Assembly: GCA_024679065.1 (NCBI GenBank)
Contig: JAGIQG010000009.1
Coordinates: forward strand, 70,246,001 to 70,310,000
DNA: 64,000 nucleotides
Direction: 5' to 3'
Source: Sphyrna mokarran
Taxonomy: Eukaryota
Under the pieces are notes generated by a model that was not told where the DNA came from, searched no databases, and was given only the letters and a program-made list of their open reading frames with translations. Shown here piece by piece: positions 15,501 to 27,866 of the stretch. Both the position numbers and the translations under genes were made by a program. Position 1 is the stretch's first letter, and the number at the start of each line of letters is the position of its first letter.

Positions 15501-18500
15501 CAGGTGCCACAGGCAAAGAGTTGGAGAGAAAGTAAAACCACATCTTCTTTTACAGTTCTAGTTGTCATAAAGCAGGCAAGTTTAAAAGGTCCAGCCACAT
15601 TGGAAAAGCCATGGAGAAGGTAAGTTTGTAAGACAAGTGGGTAGAACTGGGGAGCAGCAGGATGGGGTTGGGTTGTCAATGGTGGGGCTTAGAGTGAATT
15701 TTGTATAGTTATCCAGAAGTTAGTAGTAGTTTAATTCTGACCTGTTCTGGATTATGATTATAAGACAGTTTGCTATGTATATTGTACTTTTGAATGGCTT
15801 CCATTGCAGGGCAATTATGGTTTGAAATTTTTACCTAGGATTTCTGGGTGGGGCTGGTGCGGGGTGGGGTGGTGTGCAGTGAAATTCTCCAGCAGACAGT
15901 TATGAATCTGTGGTATTTCCTACGCAGTAAAGCAGTTGGGGCTACCTTGTTGAATGTTCATCTTAAAGCAAGCATAGATAAATTTTTGAGCAGTAAAGGA
16001 ATTAAGGATTATTGGAAGGTGGAGCTGAGCCCACAAAACATCTACCATGATTTTATTGAATGGCAGCTCAGGCTCAAATGATCTACTGCTGCTCCTTTTC
16101 CAATGTGCTTATGGGTCAGGGTGCCTGACAGATTAGTCCTAACAAAAATACTACACAGTCCTCTTCGAATACAGAAGACAAATGCTTTGACTACCTCCAA
16201 AATTGATTAGGAATTAAATAACAACCCATGCTTGATTATTTTTTATCCTGTACACAATGAAGCACATGGGATAATTTGGCATTTCAATATTTATAATGTA
16301 ACTGATCACTTGGTAAATTGAAGAAATTAAGCAGATAAATATGGATGATCATGAGCACAAACGTTAGAAGAGTTTGCTGAAATTTTGATTGAAAATGAAG
16401 CTTTTCAGAACATTCCTCAAGTTAGAGAGAAGGAGAGAGTAACAAGTCAAGGATGAGGTACAAAGTTGGACTTAAGGCTAGTCAAAAGGCAGGGTGTTGG
16501 ATGTATCTCATCAAATGGAAAGATTAAAGATTGCAAGGACACTGGGACTAAGTTGATGTGGGACACAAGATGCTGCAAAAGAGCAAGTGGTCTTGGTGAT
16601 GGAGTACATGTAAGATATAGATTGAGATAAAACAGAAAGCAAAGTTTTTCCACTGTCCAGTTCAGTCTAAGCAAAGGAGGGAGCTTTTGGCAATAGAGAG
16701 AAACAATGGCTTCTTGATACTCAAGTGATGGTAAATGTGCCAGGATGTTTTATTGTATGTACAGATGACATTGGAGTGCCTTAATAGTTTTTAAAACAGC
16801 ACAAGACAGACTGTACACTTGCTGCAATCTACAAATTATGAATTTTGGGATTATAACTTCTTTTTGACTACTATGTTGACTATTCAGCCCAATTATTCAA
16901 CTGAAAATATGCAGGAAAATATACAGGAAGAAGCAAAATCACGTTTAGGCCTCCTGCATGTCATTTATAGGCCAGTCAGCTTAATCAAGTGAAAAATAAC
17001 TTTGGAAGCACTTCATGATAAAATCTATATCTAATTTGGGGTGTACAGTCCCCCAGAGATGGACAAATGCTTTATAAGATCATCATTTTCTTCCAAACAC
17101 ATGTATCAGTGTTGATTGTTACAATATTAGCATAGATTTACTATCTCCCATCCTATTGGACACTAATTCAAATCAAAGAAGACATGTTTGAAAGGGAGTG
17201 CCTGAAAGTGAGGAAACAAAAATGCTCTTCCCGGAGCCAAGCACTAAAAACAGGCACAGTGGTGAAAAGGGTAAAAGGAGAAGAGTGCAGCTGCAATTCC
17301 CAGAAGTGCAACAACATGTGTGCTCGAGCTGAATCATGTTCTTTTAGAAAAGGGAAAATCAATTCAGATGAACTGAATTTTTGTTACATTGCCAAAATCT
17401 AGCAAGTCAATAGCCACATCAACTTTGTACAACCAGAGCATGGCATTGCAAAATCATGTCAAACACATACAAAAACAGGCAATCCTGTCAAACTGCTCAA
17501 TTTGACTGATTGCATTTTGGTCCTCAGATACCGAGAGTTAGGTATTGCAAGCCATATCCAAAACATGGTGAGTGTACATTCCTAGTTGGGCTTGTTTTTG
17601 CTGCTGTAGGATTCTAATATACTTTGATGTCTACGAGAACTTTCAAAAATATCCTGGCAAAATCATTGACAATCATCCAGTATTCTTGATAAGCACATCA
17701 GAGAAAAGGAGTGGTTATTCAACTGGTCTTAGCTGTCAATGGGAGGAAGGTAAGGAAGCGATACCAAGAGTTTAGGTCAAATATGTTCCTCAAAAATGTG
17801 GACTCACAAATCCAGAGCCACTGGCTGTCAAGAGGCTTAGGAGAAGAAAGAAAAAGAAGCTTATGACAGATACCAAGGGCTCAGTGCTATGAAGAATCTC
17901 AGAGGAGTAAAAAAAAGGGTGTAGAGGTTACATTAAAAAGAAATTAGGAAAGTAAAGAGAGGGCATCAAGATATTGGCAAATAAAGAAACCCAAAGACTT
18001 TTTCAGAATACATTAAGAACTAGTGCAGATAAAGAGCAGGATTCACTGGGAACCACAAGGGTGTGGAATAGTAGGGGTGGATATTCCTATGGTTCTAATA
18101 ATTGTGGCTGGGTTTGGGAACTTACTGGTATTGACAAGAGATCCTCTAACTACTTGGACGTACACTTATCAAAATTACGGATCGAGAGATTAGACTGACG
18201 GCTACTAATCAGCCAGTATGAACACAATGGGACGAGTGGCCCCTTCATCACTGTAAATTTCTATGTGTTAATATTTCAGTAACTCAGTATTCCTGGAGTA
18301 TGTGGCTCTCTTAAAACAAAGTAAAAGCACAATGTTTCCAGATGCTGTGATTGGTGTCTGTTTTGACACAAACGATATGAAATTAGATCATTACAGTTTG
18401 AAATATTCAACAAATAAAGCAATCGGATTGCAAATATGCCCCAGTTCTCATGCAACAACTAATCCTTATTATAGAGGACAAACAAGAAAAACAGGTAATA

Positions 18501-21500
18501 ATTTAACAAGTAAATACTTAGGGGAGCCAAACAAATCTGTAAGTCTTCCACTTTGGGTTGTAATTACATGCCCTCAGTGTACAAAGCAAAAACATCATTG
18601 GCATAAGTCTCACTTTATACTTCAAGTTCAAATTTCTAAGATATACTTAGGTTGTATTCTTGGCAGCATATCCACATTAAACGTTTATTTAAAAAGTTAG
18701 CATCCGACAGGCTTTGAATGCTTAAGCCAAGCCAGACCACCTAGTACACTCATTGCTTCATTGGTTGACAACATTCACATGCAGTCAATCAGCAGTTTAA
18801 TTCATTGTAGATACTATTTATTACTTATTTTGAAGCATTGAACAGCTCACTAAAATAGATCCATTGGGCCACATGCAACATCTTACCTTCATCAGCAGGT
18901 CTAAATTTGTCATACAGTTATTTTCATTGGAGGATATATCCAAAAGCTCATGAAACATTGAAGTACTGTGCCTAGTCAAGAGAATAAGACAAATTACTCA
19001 TGAGGGAATAGAAGGAGATTAACTAATGGCTGCTAAGGACTCCGACATTGACAAACAGGTAACATAGACAATGGAGGATGATGAGCATTTTGGAAATTTT
19101 AGAGAATTTAATGTTAATTCAGACTTGCGATTGTTGAATTGGATTAGCTATCCTTTGGCAAATATTATTGGCAGCAAGAGAAACTGTCAAGAAAACCAAA
19201 AACAGGATTAAATTGTCTGCAGCACTGAGATAAAAATTACAGGTGTATGCTCTCAAAGATTTATTACACTTCCTCAGGAGATAAAGGACTGTTTTTTCTA
19301 TACTTCCAGTATCCTATATGAAATCAAAAAAGAGAAAAATGCTGGAAAATCTCAGCAGGTCTGGCAGCATCTGTAAGGGGAGAAAAGAGCTGACGCTTTG
19401 AGCCCAGATGACTCTTTGAATGTTCAGCTCTTTTCAGATTCCAGCACCCACAGTAATTTGCTTTTATCCACCATCTTATATGGCTGGCACAGCATCATTT
19501 TGGGAGAATAGTGGCAGGTTATATCTAAGAGCAGATCAGTTTGGGAGCATAGTAATTTAAAGTTCAAGCTGAACAGCTTTATTAAGAATCAGAATTCCTA
19601 CAGTGCAGAAGGAGGCCATTCAGCCCATGCAACCTGCATCAATAACAATCTAATCTAGCCCTAACCGCATGGATTTACCCTGCTAGTCCCTCTGGACACC
19701 AAGGAGAAAAACCATGCAGCCACAGAATGTGCAAACTCCACAGTCACTCAAGGCTAAATTGAACCCAGGTCCCTGGCGCTAGCCAAAGGAAGAACAATTC
19801 TAGCAATTAGCCAATTGTTAGGAGTGCACAGCAAGTACCTCTGGTCATCTTATTGATGCACGTAAAACTCACTATCCAGTACTGTATGTTTATCAGAAAT
19901 ATTTCATAGCTACCGTGGAAAAGGAACTTACTTTGATACAAACGCCCAAGTCTTTTTCAACTTGAATATTTGAGTTGACTGCATTGCAGACACAATTGCA
20001 TGCAGAGATGAAAAATTCTTCAAGATCTTACATTTCTGTTGGAAAACAAAAGAGTTCTGTGTAAGTAACAGCAGTTCCCATTTGCTGATAAGACAGAACC
20101 TGAAGTATCAACAGAAGCTCAGCTGTGAAAATAACAGCAGCAAAAACAGATTATGGAAAAAACATTGTCACACTTCACGCTCGTTACTCCCTTATTTTTC
20201 CTCTACCACAATCTCTTCAGCTGTGGTCAGATGGTGTGTTTGAGAGGAAGAGGGGGAAGGAGGGGAGCGGGAAGGGGAAGGGTGGAGGGAAGAGGGGAAC
20301 GGGGAAGGGGGTAAGGGAGGGAGGGGAAGAGGGAGAGAAGGGAAGAGGAGAGGGGAAGTCTCTGCCCATTTTGTTAGGTTGATGAATTGGTGACAAATAT
20401 TGTAACTTCTAACAAAGAGCAAAAAAAGGCTAGTGAAGGCAGCACAAGATAATCTTCTAAAGAAAAGCAGATAAATCAGAAAATTGAGTACATTTTTATT
20501 GGCTACATTTTGACTAAAATAAAACTGTTGATATCCAAGTTAGCTGATCTCAACTAGGATAGCAGCAGCAGTGCCCACTATACACTTGACTCTACAAAAG
20601 GAGTCATGATGTAGAGATGCTGGCGTTGGACTGGGGTAAACTCAGTAAGAGACTGGCAACACCAATTTTAAATCCAACCGATTTATTTGATAGTAAATCT
20701 GCTAGCTTTTGGCCTTTGTAGCCTTCGTCAGGTGAATGAGATGTTCTCATTTGCCTGACAAAGGCGACAAAAGGCCTAGATTAGATTGTTATTGATGCAG
20801 GTTGCATGGGCTGAATGGCCTCCTTCTGCACTGTAGGATTTACTTTCAAATAAATCGGTTGGATTTAAAATTGGTGTTGCCAGACTCTTACTGAGTCTAC
20901 AAAAGGAAGCAGGAGAAATTAAATCAGTCATAATTCCCACTCCCGAGGGCAGGAAACAGTTTCTGGGATTGTTGCCAGGTTCCAAAACCAGCCTGGTTGA
21001 GAGGTTGGGTAAGAGTTAGTAAAAATGTCATTGATGTGTGATTTTTATGGAAGCAGCCACTTGAAAAAGACATGGAGTCAGGGATCCCAGGCAGGCATTC
21101 AAACCTAGAGGGGCATCAGCCTTCCAGCTCAAGGAGGACAGCCAGCTGCTGCCAAGGAGAAGTAATCGAGGATGTTTCAAAATGAAAAAAAAATCTGATT
21201 TCATTTTAGATAAAGCAGCAAAGGCCACCAACAGGATGGGACTACCTCTACAGGGTGGCCTTTGGTTCTGCCTGTACCCAATTAGGCAGGGAGGACGTGT
21301 CAACCTATCTGGAGTTTTGATACATGCGACACTGCCACAGGGTGTCTACCAGGCTGCAGCCAATTGAACTGCACCTGTCATGTTATGGAACTGGAGACCA
21401 AATGGAAAATCTCATTCAACCTCCTGTCAATGATCCTAAAAAGCGCAACCAAGGTGGGCATCCTTGTTGAGCCTCAAACCTATCTTCCCCAAAATGAGCA

Positions 21501-24500
21501 GGAAGACAGAACACCAAACTGGCACTGATAACTTTAGACCCAGTCTGCCTCTATTGCTGACCTAAAAGAGAACCTGCTCCCAATCTCTTTCAATCCCCCC
21601 ATCCCCTGTCTCTGCATGAGATGAACAGCCAATTTGATAAGATGCTGAAGGGAAGTCACTTGGGCATGGGGTCATTCACCAGCAAGAATCGACGGAAAGG
21701 AAGAATAAAATATAAACATTAATTACAGCCAGAAGTGGGAGGGATGCAACGGACAAACTGTAATACCCGACTTCATTGCAGAAATGCAGTTAATAACCTG
21801 AAATCAGTTTGCATTGTTCCTTCACGTGATTTGTTAGTATTCAAATGCAAACATTAGCAGAGGCATGATCTGTTAGCTACATAACACCAACCTCTTCCTC
21901 TTCAGACATCCTGCAGCTTTATTAACTGTTTGATTTCCTTGAGAAAACATAAAGCCCAGGTTGAAAGCTGGGCAGAGGTCTTGACCCAGAGCTCAACCAA
22001 CAGTGTCTTTAGATCTTTAAAAACACAGGGCAGTCACATGGCTGCCACACATTTCATATAATTAAATGATGCCCGACTGTGATATGACTACGGGATCTTT
22101 AATGCACGGGAGCTGGCAAAACAGCTTCTGTAATAGGCACTGCAAATTACGAAGGGGCTGCTTATCCAGCTTACTCTCTTATTTGCGGCCAAAGGATACA
22201 ATGTTTAGCACATACTGGGTTTTTGTTTACAAAAGCAAATTATACTGATTTCAGCTTTCAGACTCACTGTGGAAATTATGATTGCCATGATGCAACATTC
22301 TACAGAAGCAATCAACTTTTCTTCCTCAGAAACCTACCTCACTGCCTCACCCACTATCCATGAGGTTTTCTGTACTTGTTAACATTCAACCCAAATTGCT
22401 TGCATGCTGCTTTCCACATCCTTGTGGGATTTTGTTTTTTGCATAGAGATCAATAAACAGTGTCATACCTGAGCAATGTGAATCCACTTGTCAATTATTT
22501 TAGCCCTCTGCTGTGGTTTCAACTGGAGATCCTTTAATATGGTACTGATGACACACTTAGTGACGAGATTGAATTGAGTGATGGTAGCCTGGACTGTAGG
22601 TGCTGGATGTTTGTTTTCCTTGTTATCTCTTCGGGACCAGATGTATCCCAGGCAATGATGGGGGACCACCTTTTTGAACAGGTACTGATCAAAAATAAAA
22701 ATGAATAACTAAAGATGTTTTTATTACCATGGACCTTTAGAATACTGAAGTGCAAACAAAACTTGTCCAGATAAAAGTCAACCAGCTTCACTGCTTTGTA
22801 TATTTAAAACTAAAATACAAAGGTTAAACAGTGACAATGTATAATTCTCACAAATACAGGAGTGCATTAGTGGAGTGAAACATTCAATATCTGTTCAGCT
22901 CCTGCTAACATTGGATGGTGTATATATAATGAGTGGCTGATCAATACCACACAATTTGCACAACTACCTGAGACAAATTTCTACCCCATAAGTGAGTGAC
23001 AGATTATTTTTGACCAGATTATCTACTTTACAAAAGCCTCTCATACACCAATTAAAATATTTGGTAACACTTAATGAGATCTTCAAATTAAAAGGTGAAA
23101 GTGAACCACAACAGCTACAACTATATTACTCAGTCATATGGAGATGGGATTCAAGACATAGTCAGAAACAAGGGGCAAAGTTAGGATGGTTACCAAAATC
23201 TTAGTCAAAGATTTATGTTTTAAGAAAGGCCATAGCAGGAAGAGACAGAAAAGATTTGGGGAGGAAATGCAAGCATGGAATATAGGCAGAAAATATTAGA
23301 GTTGGACTTGTGCTAATAGGATACAGTGTTTTTAAATCAGAGATGATAACTGGGAAGGCATGCACCTCTAGTGCCAGCTGAAGATGGACTATGCCTTCAT
23401 TCTCCCTCATGATGAATGCTGGGAAATTTATGGCTTGTTCACGCACAACTGAATGAACTGCCAGTCTAGCAATGCAAATGATAAGACAAAAGGTCAAGAA
23501 AAATGGCGGAGAGGTAGAGTTAGGCATTAAAGTACCTGTAGAACTGACTCCCATGTCTGCTGATTATATTGCCAAAGAGGCAGCATGTAGTTGAAGTAGG
23601 TGAGTGGGTTCAGGTTACTAAAGCAGCATGTACTTTATTACTTGGATCCAGTAATGTTTAGAGAGGAAGATAGCTGATGTGGACTAAAGGAATATATTTA
23701 TAGAATGTTTCAATGTTAAAAAGCTGCCCTCTTCCAATATTCTAAAAATTAAGATGTCCTGCATAGACTAAGCATTTCAATTAAACAAATTTCTAAAACA
23801 TTTTATTTTGAAACAACCATAGGTTGCAATTTTAATGTAATTTGTCCAGATGGGATTGGGCAAAAGACTCATTTTACAGTCTATTTATACCCTCCATTAG
23901 TCTATGTTAAATTGGTCTCGTCATAAATGATAACATTGAATACAGCAGTTAGGACTTGTACATGACATTGGTAAGGCCATACTTGGAATACTGTGTACAG
24001 TTCTGGTCACTCTATTATTATAGATAGGATATTATTAAACTGGGAAAAGAATGACTAGGATGGTACTGGGACATTATGGTTTAATTTCAAGGAGAAGCTG
24101 GGACTTTGTTTACTTGGAACATGTGGGGCTTAGGATAATCTTAGCAGTTTATAAAATAGAAGGGCACAGATAAGACAGAGAGTCAATATCTCTTCCCAAA
24201 GTTGGGAAGTCTAAAACTAGAGGGCATTGGTTCATGGTGAGAAGGGAGAGATACAAATGGCTGCAGAGGGGCAATTTGCCTCCCTCTGCCCTCCACAGTT
24301 GGTGGGCACCTGGAAAAAGCTGTCAGAGGTAGTTACATGGATAAGAATGGTAGAGTGGGATATGGGCCAAACATGGGCAACTGGGACTAACTTAATGGTT
24401 AAAAACTGGGTGGCATGGACAAATTGGGCTGAAGGGCCCGTTTCCATGCTCTAACTCTCTAGGATACTCAGGCAGACTGGTTGCACTTTGACTGCTATAC

Positions 24501-26946
24501 ACCATGAAAAGTTTGCCAAGCTTTTTCCATGCAAGCGAGACCTGTGTCAGTCTTTATCTGAAAACTAAAAAGGAAACTGCACTGGCCTGCTCATATTTGT
24601 TACTATTTTTATGCCAGCTGTGAACATTGCAGTTTTAATCCTGCAATACTATTACACAATGGGCAGAAGTCTAACAGGAGATGTTAAAAATAAAGGGGTT
24701 TTCAGTCACCCCAAGGCTATTTGTTTCACATGACTTTCACCTTCAGAGAAACAAAGGCAGCTGTTGAAGTTTCATTGAAAGATATTCCAATCTTGTTACT
24801 GAAGTCACATGTCAAACATGCTCTGGTGTCTTAGAACACTGCATTGTGTGTGAATTCAGTTATAGTGACTGCTAATGATATGAAGAGAGATTGGATCATT
24901 GACTACCGTCCAAAACATCACACGCAGAGTAATGGGCAACTGGTCCTGACAGAAAGACCCTAAGTTCACGTTTACTCACAGCATCCATGTACGTCAGCTG
25001 TTCTGCAACAACGTCTGACGGAAAGGAGAGGATGTCCTGTTTCTTGTCAACTCCCCCTATCTCTACATCCCCTTCCTCTCCCAGTTGGAAAGTAATGTTT
25101 CCATAGTTACTATCTGTATAATTGAAAGGAGACATTTATTTTGTGCCCAAAGTTCATGGCACTTAACTCAAGTTTCTAAAAACAATACACTTCTCAAATA
25201 TGCATAATTAGAAAACTGGTCTAAAATATTCTTACAGCTGTATTTTTTAAAATCTAGATTCAGTGAAATTAATCTTGAACAATGTTATAATCAAAGTCTC
25301 TTAATGGAGAGCACTTGAGCAGCAAGAAAATATTTATTAATGTGTTCCCATTAAGCAGTCCTGATAGATGGGAAGCTAATCTGTGTCTGAGTAAATCTTC
25401 CACCGCACTTAGTATGTTCTTATTTCATAGAGCAAGTCACAGAATGGAACAAAGATACCATTGATAGCAACAGCTACAAGAAATTGCCAATAGGCCACAA
25501 TAAATGCTGCCAGGCAAAAATCAGATCATACTGCATCTTCCTCTTAAAGTTACATTATGTATATCTGTGCTTGTGTATTCTATAATCATAGCGCCTCGAA
25601 TTGTTAGTGTAAGGAGAGGGCAGGAAAAGATTGGGATTAGAAAAGGAGAGGGAAACATTTCAGAGTCCTTTCCAGAAGCACTGAAAGTTCTGGAAAAGCC
25701 TTTCCAATACTTTGGCATACAAAAGGTCAAGACTGAAATGGGACCACAACAGAAAAAAGACCCTCTTCCAGTCAATGTCAGCATAACACTCAACTCTGAT
25801 TCATTTTTAAACAAGCTTAGCTTAATTATAAATTCAGAATACAGAAACAATTTCAAAAAATTGCAAAAGGAAACCCAAATGAACTTCAAAACCATTGGGC
25901 ATAACTTTGCATGAACCTATGGTCAGCGAATGTTCTGAATTAGTTTATTTAAGAATGCCAGTAATGTGAAAAGCTATACACAATACATAACATATAAATA
26001 AACTAATTCACAACACCACATCATTTGGAAATGATTCTTCCAACCTGGCAGAATACTCAATTGGAGTATGTGTGGGTAAAATGGTGTTGCTGTAACAACA
26101 TGTATTGCATGTTGGAGATTATAATTTGTCAATAGTGTTTTTTTTAAGATCTGGTAATGTTTAAAATATCATTGTACCAATTTCATTAATTCCATTACAA
26201 TCCAGAGTATAATTAATCCATTTTATCTTTCAGAGCGACTCAAAACCTTTATCTTTTGAGTTACCATTCAGTTATAGAGTAGTTTAACTGGAAATTATCA
26301 AAGTATGTTTATGAAGATATTCCAAAGTGAAACACAGGTCAACCATTTGGCCAAAGGTGACGGTGCAAGTTCGAACTCTCAAATGGATCCATCTGCTGCA
26401 ATCTCATTTCTGAACATTTCTCTACCCACCAAATTGAAGTAATCCATGCACCAATGGTTTTCTAACTTCAGTGTTTAAACGTTGCACAAAAGGCTGACTG
26501 GAGTATTTCCAACACAACAAATAAAATTGATTCCTCTGAAAGGAGGTTCGAAGTGAAACTGGCTCTGGTGCCGATGTTAAAAAAACAAACACTAGAATGC
26601 TCAGCAGGACTGGCAGTATGTGGAGAGACTGTTTCAGATCAATGACTTATCATCATTGGAATTAAGATTTTTAAGGGAGGAACAAAAGGAAAGGGTGGCG
26701 AGGAGAAAGAAACAAAAGATTTATCTTTGCAATACAAAAATTAATATCTTACAGTCAAGCTCCCGTTCTTCTGATTGTTCCTTCTCAAACCGATCAAGAA
26801 GGTTCTGCATCCGTTGCTCAAGCTCCGATCCTGGCATGGCCTGCTTCAAGTAGGCAATTATCTTCCGAATGCATGTGTAACTTGGAAGATGGCAGAAATC
26901 TTCTGAGTACAGGTCCAGCCAGTTTTGTAGAACTGAGACTATAGTA
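52..26946 (-). CDS. RGL1: Mirror copy of the RGL1-like gene, exons A-L; runs off the left edge
   Basis: Reverse complement of 30333-57227; may be an assembly duplicate. Confidence 0.75.
2060..2258 (-). CDS. RGL1: Mirror of exon K
   Basis: Reverse complement of 55021-55219. Confidence 0.78.
4945..5140 (-). mobile_element. Old SINE fragment, Deu-domain-like (mirror 52139-52334)
   Basis: gtctcatctgaaactgcacttcccacagagcagcac...ttgcact...tcagtctagatt resembles the recalled DeuSINE core in antisense; boundaries approximate. Confidence 0.5.
5730..6590 (+). mobile_element. 5'-truncated CR1-type LINE (RT C-terminus plus 3' end)
   Basis: [42 protein letters not shown] and [10 protein letters not shown] motifs, with stops and frameshifts. 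Confidence 0.9.
7393..7491 (-). CDS. RGL1: Mirror of exon J
   Basis: Reverse complement of 49788-49886. Confidence 0.75.
7945..8168 (-). mobile_element. tRNA-derived SINE (mirror 49111-49334)
   Basis: Antisense head gggtcagttaactcagttgg...ggtccgattcc is A/B-box-like; same family as 27680-27866. Confidence 0.6.
8960..9625 (+). mobile_element. Degenerate CR1-type LINE 3' fragment
   Basis: tggcaaatggatttcaac (WQMDFN), tataaaacactagttagg (YKTLVR), and a CR1-like tail ggctgaat...cctgtgctgtatgattc. Confidence 0.75.
9723..9844 (-). CDS. RGL1: Mirror of exon I
   Basis: Reverse complement of 47435-47556. Confidence 0.8.
10865..12064 (+). mobile_element. Penelope-like retroelement remnant: GIY-YIG endonuclease fragment between 257-bp inverted repeats
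   Basis: [45 protein letters not shown] motifs; IRs 10907-11163 and 11807-12063; flanks tcaaattaacag/tcaaattaatag. Confidence 0.88.
12360..12392 (-). CDS. RGL1: Mirror of exon H
   Basis: Reverse complement of 44887-44919. Confidence 0.78.
12665..12945 (+). mobile_element. tRNA-derived SINE (V-SINE/HE1-like)
   Basis: gcactgttgcctcatagcaccagggatctaggtttaattcc head, tgcatgttctcccc core and cctacttgtgacattaataaa tail; same family as 62225-62490. Confidence 0.8.
13287..13373 (-). CDS. RGL1: Mirror of exon G
   Basis: Reverse complement of 43906-43992. Confidence 0.78.
14766..14861 (-). CDS. RGL1: Mirror of exon F
   Basis: Reverse complement of 42418-42513. Confidence 0.78.
15890..16112 (+). mobile_element. 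CR1 LINE 3'-end fragment (mirror 41167-41389)
   Basis: gttatgaatctgtgg...atagataaatttttg...attgaatggcag, similar to 6420-6590. Confidence 0.65.
17820..18265 (+). mobile_element. Degenerate LINE fragments (mirror 39014-39459)
   Basis: aaaaagaaattaggaaagtaaagagaggg...aaagaaacccaaag and a CR1-like tail atgggacgagtggcccctt...ctgtaaatttctatg. Confidence 0.55.
18887..18971 (-). CDS. RGL1: Mirror of exon E
   Basis: Reverse complement of 38308-38392. Confidence 0.78.
19325..19467. mobile_element. Short Penelope-terminal-repeat-like element; related copies near 26580-26660 and 60410-60585 (mirror 37812-37954)
   Basis: ctcagcaggtctggcagcatctgt is shared with 60420-60444. Confidence 0.55.
19590..19780 (-). 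mobile_element. HE1-like SINE with a LINE-derived tail (mirror 37499-37689)
   Basis: Antisense gcgccagggacctgggttcaatt...gagtttgcacattct...tgggctgaatggcctccttctgcactgtagg. Confidence 0.75.
19932..20035 (-). CDS. RGL1: Mirror of exon D
   Basis: Reverse complement of 37244-37347. Confidence 0.8.
20242..20357. repeat. Polypurine (GA-rich) low-complexity tract (mirror 36922-37037)
   Basis: gagaggaagagggggaaggaggggagcgggaaggggaagggtggagggaagagggg... Confidence 0.9.
20603..20895. mobile_element. Non-autonomous fold-back Penelope-like element with a 12-bp TSD
   Basis: Same start as 10865 (tcatgatgt.gagatgc...ttggactggggtaaac); inverted arms centred near 20742; TSD tctacaaaagga at 20591-20602 and 20896-20907. 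Confidence 0.85.
22469..22684 (-). CDS. RGL1: Mirror of exon C
   Basis: Reverse complement of 34595-34810. Confidence 0.8.
23940..24455 (+). mobile_element. CR1-type LINE 3' fragment
   Basis: ttgtacatgacattggtaaggccatacttggaatactgtgtacagttctggtca ([18 protein letters not shown]) and tail tgggctgaagggcccgtttccatgct. Confidence 0.85.
24980..25113 (-). CDS. RGL1: Mirror of exon B
   Basis: Reverse complement of 32166-32299. Confidence 0.8.
26753..26946 (-). CDS. RGL1: Mirror of exon A
   Basis: Reverse complement of 30333-30526. Confidence 0.8.
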
Positions 26947-27679
26947 CTGGAAATAATTATACAAATGAAGAATTAGTAACTGTCCATCAATGAAAACTAA
27001 GTTAGTAATCTTCAACTTTAACTTTGTAGATCAAAACTGTTTTTGAATGTATTCTTTCGATATGGGTCAGACCAGCATTTCTTTGTACCTCCCTAGTTAG
27101 CTGAGACCAAGTGGTGGTAAGCCGCCTTCTTGAACTGCTGTTCAAGAAGTGGCATGTCTTTGAACAGAACTTTGAGGGTGGTGGTGTTCCCTAGGTATTT
27201 CTTCTTGGGGAAATTTTGCTGATTCAACCTCCTGAGGCTCATCAAACAAAGCCAGACAAACCAAAAGGAGACAATTTTTCCAACAGCTTCTTAAAAAGAA
27301 AAAGATAGAAATGTTGAAGGGGAAGGATTTAACAAGCTGAGATACACAACAGACCATACTTAGTGGAACATGGAGCTCCAGAAGAATTTTAGAGATTCAC
27401 AAGGATGAGAGAGATAGGAGGCCGTGGAGAAATCAGGATTATTCAAAAAATCAAATTCAGGCTTTGGTAAAGCAGGAAACATTTGGGTCAGCAAATAGAG
27501 ATGGACGAATTCCAGATGAGATTAAATTTACAAAGGGGAGTTTAAAGTAGAAATTGTTTCTTTGTAAAGACCAAAGTGAAAAATTCTTCTTAAAGTAACA
27601 TACAATTTATACTGAAGTCATCAGTTTTTCATTTGGAAACTCTTCTACAAATCTGCACTGTTTACTATATCTGACTGGA

Positions 27680-27866
27680 AGTTGGTTTAGCTCAGTTAGC
27701 TGGACAGCTGCTTCAATGCCAACAGCATGGATTCAATTCCCATATTGGCTGAGATTATGCACAAAAGCCCCATCTTCTCAGTCTTGTCCCTTGACTTAGA
27801 ATCCTCAGGTTAAATGTTTGAGAAGGAGAGCAGCCTATAGTCATTTTAGACTATGACAGTTTACCT
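27680..27866 (+). mobile_element. tRNA-derived SINE (mirror 29413-29599)
   Basis: ggtttagctcagttagctgg...ggattcaattccc head; body similar to the reverse complement of 7945-8168. Confidence 0.6.
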
